NCBI RefSeq assembly: GCF_021869535.1 | Contig: NW_026262701.1 | Location: 70,184,001-70,248,000, forward strand | Origin: Mytilus californianus | Lineage: Eukaryota | Direction of reading: 5' to 3' | DNA length: 64,000 nt | Notes under the pieces: model-generated | Seen by the model: only the letters and a program-made list of their open reading frames with translations | What the model was told of the DNA's origin: nothing | Database searches by the model: none | Position numbers and translations under genes: made by a program | Shown here: in pieces, positions 11,301-22,500 of the stretch | How the letters are laid out: every line of letters starts with the position of its first letter | How positions within the stretch are numbered: position 1 is the stretch's first letter

Positions 11301-14300
11301 CTTCAACTTTGTATTTGATTTGGCGTTCCAACTGATTTGATTCGAGCGTCACTGGTCAGTCTTTTGTAAACGAAAAGCGCGTCTGGCGTACAAAATTATA
11401 AGCTGGTATTTTTCATAAACATAGCAAATATGGTTATTATACAGCAGTATTATTTGTTGCATTTGCAGTTTTGGTTAATTGCTGCATTTTGCAAAATAGT
11501 TAAGCATTGCTATATTGATATCACAATTCCATTGTTGAAATATTTTTGGTACTGCAGTGCATCATACATTCAATTCGTAAATCAAAATGACTGTCTTATT
11601 CCGGTCGTGATTTTGACCACATTAACAGTTGTTGGAGTGACCGTGAAACTGTATAAACTACAGCACAAATGAATCCCCAAAAAGGATTAGGAAAGTAATA
11701 GGAAGGACGAATAGACGGATAAAACAATATATCAAATTTTAAAAGTAACCAACAAAAGATTCTTAACGTAAAACTAAAAATCCATCACATCTAGACGGTC
11801 AATGATTATACTTAGTTCTCATGTCGCCATACAGAGATGGCATATAAAAAGATAATTATCCTGTCAATTATGGAATCACATTATCCATAATTTGTCTGTC
11901 AGTTATTATCGACAGTTAAAGTTAGCAGGATCTGCTTACCCTTCCGGAGCACCTGCGATCACCCCCGGTTTTTGGTGGGTTCGTGTTGCTCGGTCTTAAG
12001 TTTTCTATGTTTTGTTTTGTGTACGGTTGTTTGTCTTTTGGTTTTTTACTTTTTTTGCCATGTTCATTGTTGTTGTCAGTTTATTTTCGACTTATGAGTT
12101 TGAATGTCCCTTTGGTATCTTTCGCCTCTCTATTGAACTTTTTTAACGAACTAAATAAACATTTAATGAATTTCGTTCGTCCGAAGCGCTTTTCTGGACT
12201 AATCTTCAGGAGGAAAAGAGAGGCGAAAGATACCAAAGTGACAATCAAACTCACAAATAAAAAATAAACTTACAACACCATGGCTAAAAAGAAAAGGTCC
12301 AACAGACAAACAACAGTACACAAAACATAACATAGAAAAACTAAAGCCTGAGCAACACGAACCCCACCAAAAACTGGGGGTGATCTTAGGTGGTCTGGAA
12401 GGGTAAGCAATGTGGCACCCGTGCTCCACGTGTGGCACCTGTCGTGTTGCTCATGTTAGTACAAACACGGTAATAAGTCTAATTCGGTAGGTCACATTCA
12501 GGGAAAGGAGGACGGGATTGTAGTTACGACATTTGGAACATATCCGCTATCATCTGTGGAACGGATATTCCATAACGGTCAACCAACTTGTGATGGCGTC
12601 CGTAAAATTACGAAGGGATGACTTCAACTTCACCACTTGGAACTCTTGGTTTAATAGCTTCCTTGTGAGCAGTAACCCTCTATCAAGGAAATCATGATAG
12701 GAAATACAAGCCCTGGAATATCGTATCAACTGGGAGATATATACTCTGTATGCTGGAATGTTGCTACATAGAAATGGAAAGTAACAATTAGGAAGCTGAA
12801 ATCATCTCTTTTGTCGTAAAGTTTTGTTTTCAACCGGCCCTCGTTGTCAATTTCTATAGATGTAAGTCAAGATATGAGGCAGACTTAAATGTGTCTGTTG
12901 TATCCTTTATCTCAAATTCGATGGGATAGATGCGTTCAACATAATCACCAAATTTTGAGTTATTTAGTGAGAGAACATCATCTATATAGCGGAAAGTAAA
13001 GTCAAAGGATACTGCTAACTTCCTTTCTTTCTTCCTAAGAAGTTCCTGTATGAAGTCAGCCTCATATGAATAAAGGAACAAGTCGGCAAGAAGAGGAGCA
13101 CACTTGGTTCTCATGGGAATGGCGATTGTTTTTTGAAAAACACGTCCTCTAAACGTAACTAATATGTTGTCAATCAAGAAATCAAACCTCTTGATAATGT
13201 CAGTGTCAGAGAAGTTTTGGTTGGAATCAGAGTGATTTTATACAAAGTACGATTTATCACTCTCCTACTTGTACATGTATCTACGTTAGCCATTCTTTCT
13301 TATAAAACAAAACAGGACCAACTCTTTCAATTTGTCTTTAAGTTTGGAATGGGGAATACTTGTGTAAAGTGTAGAAAAGTCAAATGTTTTAATACTTTTG
13401 CAAGATGAAAGAGACTTAGATTGTATTGTACTCCAAATTATCGTTGGAACTTTTTAGTATCCACATCTGATACATGCCACCTCTAGAATAGGTATTTCAC
13501 AATAACTTTGAAGCCCGGCCTTGATTGCTGATCAAATTGATGTTGGTAATTTAGAAAGAGGTTTCGTGGAGCACTTGGAAGACCCAGCAATATAACGTTG
13601 TTTGAAAGGACACTTCTGTAGTTTAGGTATCCAATACAGTGAAGGAAGATCCAGTTCATCATCTTTGGTTTAAATTCCAAAGGAACATAGTACAGACCTA
13701 TGATTTTTCAGGATTTCCTCCTTAGTAAGTGTCGTGGGGGTATATGTTAAGTGTCCAAGTGAATTGTCAATACCAAATTCATTTATCAAGCAGTTTATGA
13801 AATTAGATTTACACACAAAAACGATGTTGGTTGGCGCTTTATCTGCGGGGACAACTACATATTTGTCATGGAGGTAGGACAGGTGTTTTGCAACATTAGG
13901 ATCTTTAGAGATTGATGTAGCATGGGTATTCATAGACCCATTCAGTTTTTTAATTCTGATTTGTATCAACGACTTCACAGGGAGGAGAGTTATTGACAAT
14001 GTTTAGGTCACCAGTAATAACGTGGCCAGCTGGATTATATATGAATGGGGAACTAGCACAGGTGCACTGACTATTGAACTGATAATACCAACGGGAACTT
14101 ACAATCCACAGTGGTATCGAACCAGTTCTAATGAAATAAACACTTTATAAATTTCTTGCGTCTGAAGCGCTTTTCTGGATTCATCAAGAAATGATAACTC
14201 ATTATGAGTACAAGTGTTTTATATATATGTTTCCATTCTCCAATTGCAGTCTTTCTGTCTAATTCCATCAGATCCTTATCTAGCTTCATTGACAATTTGG

Positions 14301-16784
14301 TCTCCAGACTTTTGACGTATAGCTTCATGCGTCAAGTTTCCTTCAGATTATCCCCTAACGTTCTCTTCATCTTCCCCAAATAACTGCTTAACCTCCATAT
14401 CTTTCTGTTTACCTGCAACAGCTCTCAGATACTACTTATGTTTTCCAGCGTTCTGTTTATCTGCACCAACTATCTGCCTAACTTTTTCAAAACTCTGCGT
14501 TCCTAAACATGCTTTTTGCTTGTCTTCACTTCTTTTCTGCTCATCTTTGTCATCTCTCCTTTTCTGTGCATATCTCTTTATCAAGTACTGTCTTAATTTC
14601 CGACCTTTACTTTTCTTGGGCATAATTATTTTTCTTTATCTATTTAATGGAAAAAATGTTTATGCACATTTTATTTAATAAAGTGATGTGATGTAACCTG
14701 AACATTTGGAAACCTATACTTGCCGTGACTGTAAATTCATATGTCGATTATTGCCTGGTTGTATGATTTTCCATGCGTTTCTTCATCTCAAATCTATACA
14801 AATTTGTCTGTGATGTCTGTTGCTTTCCTTTGTTTCCAATCTATCTATCTGCCATATACGAATACATTCGTACATTGTGACTTGGAAGGAGAGTTGTCTC
14901 ATTGGCACTCATACCACATCTTCTTATTTATGTGAATTGTGTATTACTATAATAAGAGGATAATATTCTGAAATTGAAATTAATAGCGACAAATTAATGC
15001 AACAGACATGATAATTAGAAATGATATAATAGGTCAGACGATTATTATAATTTCCTCATCTCTATCTGTATTTCCCCTCAGCAAGTTCCAAAAGGCTGAC
15101 TCGATAATTGTTTGGACTTTATTCGTACCTGACTAAACAAAATTTTCACATTCATTGTCAATAAGTTGCATTGGAGCCTCTAGTGGCAATTTCATTTAGT
15201 ACAACAAGCCGTTGACTTTCTACATCATCAAGCCGGGATGATTGCACGAGCTTCTGGTTAACATTTTCTTTCATTCCCTCTCCCCACTTTTTGTATTTTC
15301 CTGTCTACTAGTATTTATACATTGTCTTTGATTTACTATTATTCTAATTATTATTATTACCCAAATGTGAATAATAAGAANNNNNNNNNNNNNNNNNNNN
15401 NNNNNNNNNNNNNNNNNNNNNNNNNNNNNNNNNNNNNNNNNNNNNNNNNNNNNNNNNNNNNNNNNNNNNNNNNNNNNNNNNNNNNNNNNNNNNNNNNNNN
15501 NNNNNNNNNNNNNNNNNNNNNNNNNNNNNNNNNNNNNNNNNNNNNNNNNNNNNNNNNNNNNNNNNNNNNNNNNNNNNNNNNNNNNNNNNNNNNNNNNNNN
15601 NNNNNNNNNNNNNNAGTTGTAGTTGTAGTTGCAGTAGTAGTAGTAGTAGTAGTAGTTGTTACATTAGAGTATATTTTGAATCATTGAAAATTACTAAGAT
15701 CATTTTGTTGCAGGTGATGCAGTCTGCAAGATGATAATGTTCCTTCCCCTCCTGACAGTATCTTCATCGATCTATACAATGGTTGCCATTGCTGTTGATA
15801 GATACAGAGAAATACTAAAATTAGAGAAGTTGACTACAAAGCGAGCATCATACATCGTTCTCGGGACATGGATTTGGAGTGTCGTTATCAGTTCACCTCA
15901 GCTGTACGAATACAGCACCTACCGAAAAGAAGAAGATGGATACAATATTACATCATGCGGAGCACATGGCATTGTTGAAAATTTTGAAACAGTGTACGCA
16001 TGCTTTGCTATTGTACTTTCGTACGCTGTACCCTTGGTAATCATCACAATCAGCTATTTCAAGATAATGTTCTACGTCTGGAAAGTCGGGAAAACTTCGT
16101 CTCACAACGAGAAACAAGTTCTCAAGAGAATGAAGGTTGTCAGAATCCTCTTACTGATAACAATTGTATTCGTCCTATTGTGGTCGCCATTTTTCGTTTT
16201 GTTTGGGATGGAGGTGAGTCATCTTTACTGGATGTGTAGAATATTTCATTTTTGATAGTAAGAATAAGGAATTGTGTTTTTTTTTTACAACGAGATAACT
16301 ATCCACCAGAGACTAAAAACAAGTCTGATAAGTCTGATAATTTTTAAATATTTTTCATGCATCTAAAACACTTCTGATATTGAAACAAGTAACACATTTG
16401 AAGAATATTATGTTTAGATTAAACCAAAAACAAAATCATCTTGGAGGGTAGCTAAATAATATAAAACGGTCGATTTTAATTCATAAAGATTGTATTTGCA
16501 TGAACAGTAACAATATTCTGTATGTGAAAACTATAGTTATCACTATTTTACTCCGTGCTTTACAGGAAATACTTGGTTTAGATGATACACTTCATACAGC
16601 ATCAGGGACACAGGTGGCAAAAAAAGTGCTGGTTGTATTGAGTACGATGTCGAATCCAGTCATCTACTTTGCTTCGAATTCAAAATTTAGAAGACAAATC
16701 TTGAAATTTCTGACATGCGGAAAAGTGCAGTTCAGTGGAGTTAATCCTGAATCCGTAGATGAAACCGTAGATGAAACTTCTTAA
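5334..16784 (+). CDS. Class A (rhodopsin-like) GPCR, peptide-receptor-like orphan, 320 aa; exons 5334-5577, 15714-16213, 16566-16784
   Basis: GT-AG sites with matching phases (1, 0) give a 963-nt ORF. Seven hydrophobic segments. TM2 NLCISD; ECL1 FIGGDAVCK formed across the exon 1/2 junction; TM3 AVDRY; TM4 W; ECL2 Cys (SCG); TM5 YAVP; TM6 LLWSPF; TM7 SNPVIY; helix 8 KFRRQI and C-terminal Cys. Intron 1 contains an N gap, so exon 1 linkage is inferred. Confidence 0.88.
7520..7690 (+). mobile_element. Divergent Penelope-like RT fragment
   Basis: Translates to NYCDNAHVYSGTNCLWSVEN and, after a frameshift, VDSYDFST. This is homologous to the YC..YS..VNHMW.LKS and FDFSTLYT region of the PLE copies at 13300-13500 and 52530-52690. 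Confidence 0.5.
7808..7983. repeat. 21-bp minisatellite (~8 units, consensus like AAGTTGGAAGTGAGAAATGTC)
   Basis: Direct inspection; it explains the repetitive ORF 7775..7984. Confidence 0.85.
9151..9273. repeat. Palindromic MITE-like element (~52-bp arms, GC-rich centre ctcgccctagcgggctcgc)
   Basis: Left arm agaataatagcattttagtttttgatactgacttcatcagctcgaatatcag versus reverse complement of right arm agaataatggcatttttgtttttgatactgactttatcagcaagaatatcaa. Confidence 0.8.
9392..9605 (+). pseudogene. Decayed duplicate of GPCR exon 1 inside intron 1
   Basis: It aligns to 5334-5577 (ATGTCAGC..., aaacattttattagtcac, gatat.cttctt, gttgcggttc, aggataaacaac). It has a ~35-bp deletion after ATGTCAGC, frameshifts, and no splice donor. 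Confidence 0.8.
11250..11412 (+). mobile_element. Hammerhead-bearing repeat (family HHR-1), degenerate; motif 11343-11391
   Basis: GAGCGTCA-CTGGTCA-GTCTTTTGTAAAC-GAAA-AGCGCG-TC-TGGCGTAC; homologous to 30390-30560 on the opposite strand. Confidence 0.7.
11924..12131 (+). mobile_element. Penelope-like element 3' end fragment
   Basis: agcaggatctgcttacccttccggagcacc...ggtatctttcgcctctct matches the sequence 3' of the RT/thumb ORF in the copies at 12214-12450 (-) and 53620-53805 (+). Confidence 0.8.
12214..14075 (-). mobile_element. Penelope-like retroelement (Naiad-like RT), 5'-truncated and degenerate
   Basis: CTCASSPFIYNPAGHVITGDLNIV; LHDKYVVVPADKAPTNIVFVCK (13670-13999); IPMRTKCAPLLADLFLYSYE and FRYIDD (12854-13177); thumb LYDKRDDF; then the 3' UTR. 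Multiple frameshifts. The PLE call rests on RT motif style; the Naiad assignment is an inference. Confidence 0.85.
15381..15614. other. Assembly gap (234 N) flanked by (TAT)n/(GTA)n microsatellites
   Basis: Run of N; simple repeats on both sides. Confidence 1.
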
Positions 16785-17349
16785 GTATAGAAGTAAAAGA
16801 ACATTTTTTCGTCAAGATATTTTTTTTTATTATTGTTGTTTGGTTTCATTTTGTCTTTTTTGTGTTTCCAAATTTTTAATTTATAGTATATTAAGAGTTT
16901 TTGGACTGTTAGTCGTTTTTTTTCTCTCTACAGTTGTTGTGGTTATTGTTAATGTTGTTGTTGTTATATAGTTTTAGTTGTTGTTTATGGCCGACATTAA
17001 CGATTGTAACTTGGAGTATTTTTTCATCTCCGCTAGCCAAGGATTACGATCGGAGGAACGGGTCGGATCGTACCCCTTAGCTAGCAAAGATGGTATTTTT
17101 AGGTAACATTTTATTTAAAAATTCTATCGTGACAGCTTTAACTTTATTCCATCTTCGCCTCAGAACGAAAAACTACTACTTTTTTTTCTTATCTTGAATG
17201 TGTTAACATTTTCGTGAAAGAAATTAGAACATCTCTATTTGAAACTGAATATGAAAATAAAATGTATTTACCCTGCTAGGCTGTCTGGCCCCACCGGACA
17301 CCTATATGACATCAACAAGATTTAATTGGTAAACATTGTGTAATAATAT

Positions 17350-18735
17350 CATAGGGCGACCTACATTTGCACGAATTTGAAAATGACAAGCATTACATTT
17401 GCGCGAAGAAATGGTATTACGTTTGCGCGAATTTACCTGTAATTTACCTGAGTTTTTACCTGTAATTTGTTTTTCGTTTCTTGTTTTGAACATTAATTGG
17501 CAACATACCACATCTTCTTACTTCATGTATTGATAAATATATATTACAGAAGTCTTTAATAGTTTATATAATTTTAAACATTAAAAAGCACTACATTTAT
17601 GTAAAATAAAAGTTTTGAATAAAATACAGTGAATATCCTGGAAAGGAACATTCAAGGTATGTAGTCATGAATAAAACGCAGTATACATGCAGATGATATC
17701 TACGGGAACCATCTATAAGTTATTCCTTGCCTGGTAAATGTACCCTAGCGATTTCGGATAACATTGGCGGGAAATTTTTTTTTTTTTTAATAATATTAAG
17801 GATGTACACCTCTGAGGAGCCGAAAATTTCTAGAATTTAACTTTTTTTCTTAACCTGATTTTTGGGTTTATATGACTGTAGCAAAGTAATCGATGTAAAG
17901 AAAAAATCATATGGTTGTGCATTTGTTTTTTTGCTACGACCATTTGAAAGTACTCAATTTCAATGATTTCCCATTTTCATAAATTTTAACTATTTTTGGA
18001 CTATGATCATGAAAAAAATCACAGTTTCACAATTAAACTCTTTTTTATACTTTCATTAAAGACGAAGTGGACCAACCTGAATAAATTTTACTTGAAAAAA
18101 ACTATCGGTTGGTGTAAATATTAGAAAGTCTTATAAAATTTTGTTGCTTTTTCGTGTCATATTGACCATGCTGTCAATTTTGTTAATTTGGGATTTTTCT
18201 CTTTTTTTAGAACAAAAAGCATATTATTTCAACTTCTTTGTTAAAAAATGATTGAAAAAATACATATGTAAGAATTTTGAAAAGAAAAAATTAATATGGG
18301 ACGTGCATATTTTTTGTAAAAATAATTTCTTTGTACCTTTACCCATTTTCTCAACATTTTGGCTGATGAGACTGACCGGATAGGTTATATTTTTATTACT
18401 CAAAAACTTCTTATTGTAAAAACACAATTTTTTCACAGACTTTAGTTTGATTATGATATTTTTCAAATTCATATATATATTTCACTTGTATCACATGTTT
18501 TGGAAATTATTCCCGAACGGGATTTCAACAAGACTGAAACATCAGAAGAATACATCCTTAGTAAATCTGTTCAAATTAATTTCAGTTTTTTTTTAACTAT
18601 ATTAAGTAAATTTTGTTTTTTTATAAAAAGTTATTGATTAATTTTCATATTTTATTGTATTAATCCGCGCAAACGTAATGACTTTTCAACAGGTAAATTT
18701 CGCGCAAACGTGGATTTTTTACGCGCAAACGTAAC
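17350..18735. mobile_element. Non-autonomous DNA element with imperfect TIRs and TTACGTTTGCGCG subterminal repeats
   Basis: Left ggcgacctacatttgcacg...ttacgtttgcgcgaatttacctg is mirrored by right caggtaaatttcgcgcaaacgt...cgcgcaaacgtaactcgcc. Confidence 0.55.
17800..18557. mobile_element. Kolobok-like non-autonomous element nested in the element above
   Basis: TTAA|GGATGTA...TACATCC|TTAG: RR termini with a TTAA-like target duplication (one mismatch). Confidence 0.5.
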
Positions 18736-19687
18736 TCGCCGATATCATATTTACCAACTTGATGATATGTCAAATTTCTGACACTGTGTAAAATCAATAC
18801 AAAGTCATCTTTATTCATACGTATTGTGTATACTTGATTTTGATTAACAACAAGTAATAGCTTTTCTAAAACGCTAACCGTCTCATAGCTGATGAAAGTG
18901 GAAAATGTTTTCGCTTTGTAGTTTAATTCATTCAGAATAGCCTAGTATATAAATTGTAGAGGATTACAAAAATTATAAAAGGCTTATTAAATTTTTTAGA
19001 TTTACAAATTTCTTTTTTTGTGAATGTTTTAACAGTGGAAAGGGAGGGGGTAATGTCTTAATCGCCTGCGTTTGTACCTTTTTATCGATTTTTTTCAAAA
19101 CATATATGTTGTTCGTTAACTTTTTCTTTGATTGTTTGCTTATTTATTAGTGTAAGAAAAGTATGGCCGCTTCCACCTGAATGTTTTTCATTCATAATAA
19201 GCATCGAAAATTGTAGAGAGTGAAACGTAGTAAAATTTAAACATTAAGAAGAACACAAATAATATATTTCCAATGGTATATCACATCTTTTCAAACTGAT
19301 CCTTGAAATGTAAAGCTTTACATATGTATGGTTATTTTTGTTGTCAATGAGAAATTGTTTATTTATTGTAGTTGAGCTGCAATGTGGAATGCCCTACACC
19401 TCTTTTTCTATATTTGAATAATGAGTATCCTTACAATCAAATGTTTCTTTTTTGAGATTATTTAGTTTTATTGGACTTCTTGAATATATTTTTTTGAGAA
19501 AGAATACTCACCCTTCCGGAGCACCTGAGATCACCCCCCGTTTTGGTTGGGTTCGTGTTGCTCAGTCTTTAGTTTTCTATGTTGTGTAAGCGCCTGAAAT
19601 TCAAAACATACTAGTTTCGCCTTTCTTTTTCAAATTATGATAATGTTATTTGTTCTAAAGAAGGTGGTAAGTTCTGTAAATATAAAT

Positions 19688-19985
19688 AAGAAGATGTGGT
19701 ATGAGTGCCAATGAGACAACTATCCATCCAAGTCACAATGTGTAAAAAGTAAACAATTATAGGTCAAAGTACGGCCTTCAACACGGAGCCTTGGCTCACA
19801 CCGAACAGCAAGCTATAAAGGGCCCAAAAAGACTAGTGTAAAACAATTCAAACAGGAAAACCAACGGTTTAATCTATATATAAAACAAGAAACGAGAAAC
19901 ACTTATGAACCACACCAACAAACGACAACCACTGAACAACAGGCTCCTGACTTAGGACAGGTGCATACAAATGCAGCGGGTTTAA
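19688..19985 (+). repeat. High-copy interspersed repeat family R1 (agatgtggtatgagtgccaatgagacaac...)
   Basis: Near-identical to 22172-22500 and 25160-25335. Other copies or fragments at ~9620-9800, 14875-14935(-), 23276-23412(-), 35255-35560(-), 40550-40680, 46990-47310, 51765-52140 and 55060-55190(-). Class unresolved. Confidence 0.8.
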
Positions 19986-20579
19986 TGCTATTTTAGATTT
20001 CACTATGAGACCAACCAATTTTACCAAAAACTTTATTAAGCATACAGTTTGATATTGTATCGTTTGTTATTGTTTTACTTGTACATATCTTCATATTTAT
20101 TTACTATACCATTTAATGTTGGGTGCTTATCGTACTTACCCTTCAAAGCTTGACATACTGGATTGACATACTATTTTGTGGGAGACCGTTCGTATGTAGA
20201 CATATAAATTTTTTTTCTTGTATATGTATGTTTATTAATGTTTTACCATTCTTGTAGAAAACATACAATTAAGAATTATATTTTAAAATGCCAACAGTAT
20301 TTTCGTCTTATGAATTTATGATTTTCTTTTTTTCTTTCTCTCATATAGCACGTATCATGAGTATAAATAGTCAATAAACCTCAAAACAAATATTAGAAGT
20401 TTGTTCCTGACCCTGCTTATTGCTTTAAGTAATAACTGAATTCATTTTTTTTGCGACTAAAATAATATTTTACATGTATTCAAAACTATTTTATATATCA
20501 TAGCTAGACTTGGGAGGATTAAACACTTAAAATATTTTCCTCCAATGTGTCGTGGCACGCCTGAACCACTTTTATTAAT

Positions 20580-20875
20580 TAATCCTAGATTATCTCAGAT
20601 GAACTAGGATTATCTCAGATAATCCCGGTTTATCTCAGATAAACTAAGTTTATCTCAGCTTAATTCAAATTCGAGAAAATCCTAGTTTATCTCAGAAAAT
20701 TCAGAAAATTCATTATCTGGAGAAAATCCCGGTTTATCTCAAAATATTAAGAAAATCTACGTTTTTCTGATCGATTTTCAGATAATCCTAATTTATCTCC
20801 AGATAATTAATTTTCTCAATTTCAGATAATGAATTATCTCATTTCTCGAGAAAATCTAGGTTTATCTCGGATTCT
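20580..20875. repeat. Array of ~20-bp subrepeats (TTATCTCAG/AATCC(T/C)(A/G)G) in mixed orientation
   Basis: Repeated ttatctcag, gataatcc and gagaaaatcc motifs. Confidence 0.7.
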
Positions 20876-22171
20876 AAATATACAAGAGAACAATGTAACG
20901 AGTGTTTTAATTGGACGACAATCCGGCGTTTAACGTTTTACTTTCTCTTTGAAACCATGATGGTGACGAATTCACTTCCTTTTATTGGGTGAACGGGGAT
21001 GTGCCAAAATATGGGTCATAATTTTGAGAGATTTTATATAAAAATTAGCGTCCTTTTTCAGAGGAGGGGCGACATTCAGCATACGGCACGCAACTTTTAC
21101 TTATATTATTGATCGATCGCTGTGTTATTGTGTCATTTATCACTACTCGTGGTGTGAACATCACCGTTATTGACACCTGGACAAGCGAAATTTGTTGAAT
21201 CAATTATAAAAACAAGTAATATACAGAAGGGCTGATTATATACAATATACATATACTTTGTACATACATAATTAACAAATTTGGTAGCTATTTCTTTTAC
21301 ACAAACTGACTGTTTATTACCGACGGCTAATTTCGACATCGATAATCATTGCATTCTCATATTTTAATTTATTCAGGCGGTTTTAATTTTTTAATCGTGA
21401 CAAAGTTTTGTAAAATATTTAATTTTAACTATTGCATTATTTCGTCATTTGTCAGTAAACAAAATAGATAACACTAGAAAGAAGGCAACTAAGTAATCCA
21501 ATACACAAATAATGCACGATTCAATTATGGAAAAAACAATTATTTCATCATGGTTATTCATAAGACATAATTTTCATTTTGTTTTCAAAATAATTAAATA
21601 CATAAGAGTTTATATGCCACGAACCTTAAAGCGCCAGTTATTAATTGTAGGATATAAACAATAAATGTACATTGTCTGAATACAAAATGTGTGTGTACTC
21701 GCTAACATATGCATGATTGGTAACCAGACAAAATCTAATCACTAAAATAAAGAGTTCAAATCCGACACTCTACGGGATTAAAATACATTTACTAGGTTTG
21801 AATTGTCCCAACCAATCAACGAACTTTAATTATTATAGAGTCAGTAAAATCTTCCAATCAGGTAGTAAGAAAGCATTCAGTCCGAAGTCTGTCCATCGTT
21901 CAACTCTTAATACCGTCTCCGAGGAGACGGGGTAATCATTGCTGTTTAATATATTATATTAACACCCGTATAACCGCAGGCACGTGTCCCTGAAATTGTT
22001 TTACCTATATACGTTATAGTAAGGTATGTAGGTAATGTTTTGTTGTGAGTATTACGCGTAAATCAGAATAATAACCTATTGTAAAAAATAGTAATAAAGT
22101 TTTACATAAAACTGAGTTTTATTGTTGTTTCTATCTGCAGTTAAATAAATAACCCACACCCAGGAACATAG

Positions 22172-22500
22172 AACAAGATGTGGTATGAGTGCCAATGAGA
22201 CAACTCTCCATCCAAGTCACAATGTGTGTAAAAAGTAAACAATTATAGATCAAAGTACGGCCTTCAATACGGGGCCTTGGCTCACACCGAACAGCAAGCT
22301 ATAAAGGGCCCCAAAATGACTAGTGTAAAAATATTCAAACAGGAAAACCAACTTTCTAATCTATATAAAAAACGAGAAAAGAGAAACACTTAAGAAACAC
22401 ATCAACAAACGAAAACCACTGAAACAGGTTCCTGACTTAGGACAGGTGCAAACAAATGCAGTGGGTTTAAACGTTTTAACAGGCGCCATCCTTCACCCTA
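22172..22500 (+). repeat. Interspersed repeat family R1 copy
   Basis: Aligns with 19688-19985. Confidence 0.8.

Noticed and set aside
15322-15687. 121-aa ORF
   Set aside because: Artefact of reading through Ns and microsatellites.
18363-18369. CTGATGA here and at 18889, 26107 and ~47318(-) as hammerheads
   Set aside because: No compatible stem II + GAAA + stem III + NUH + stem I arrangement.
20550-21622. tcgtggca/tgccacga as TIRs of a 1.07-kb element
   Set aside because: Only 8 bp, no TSD, and the match does not extend.
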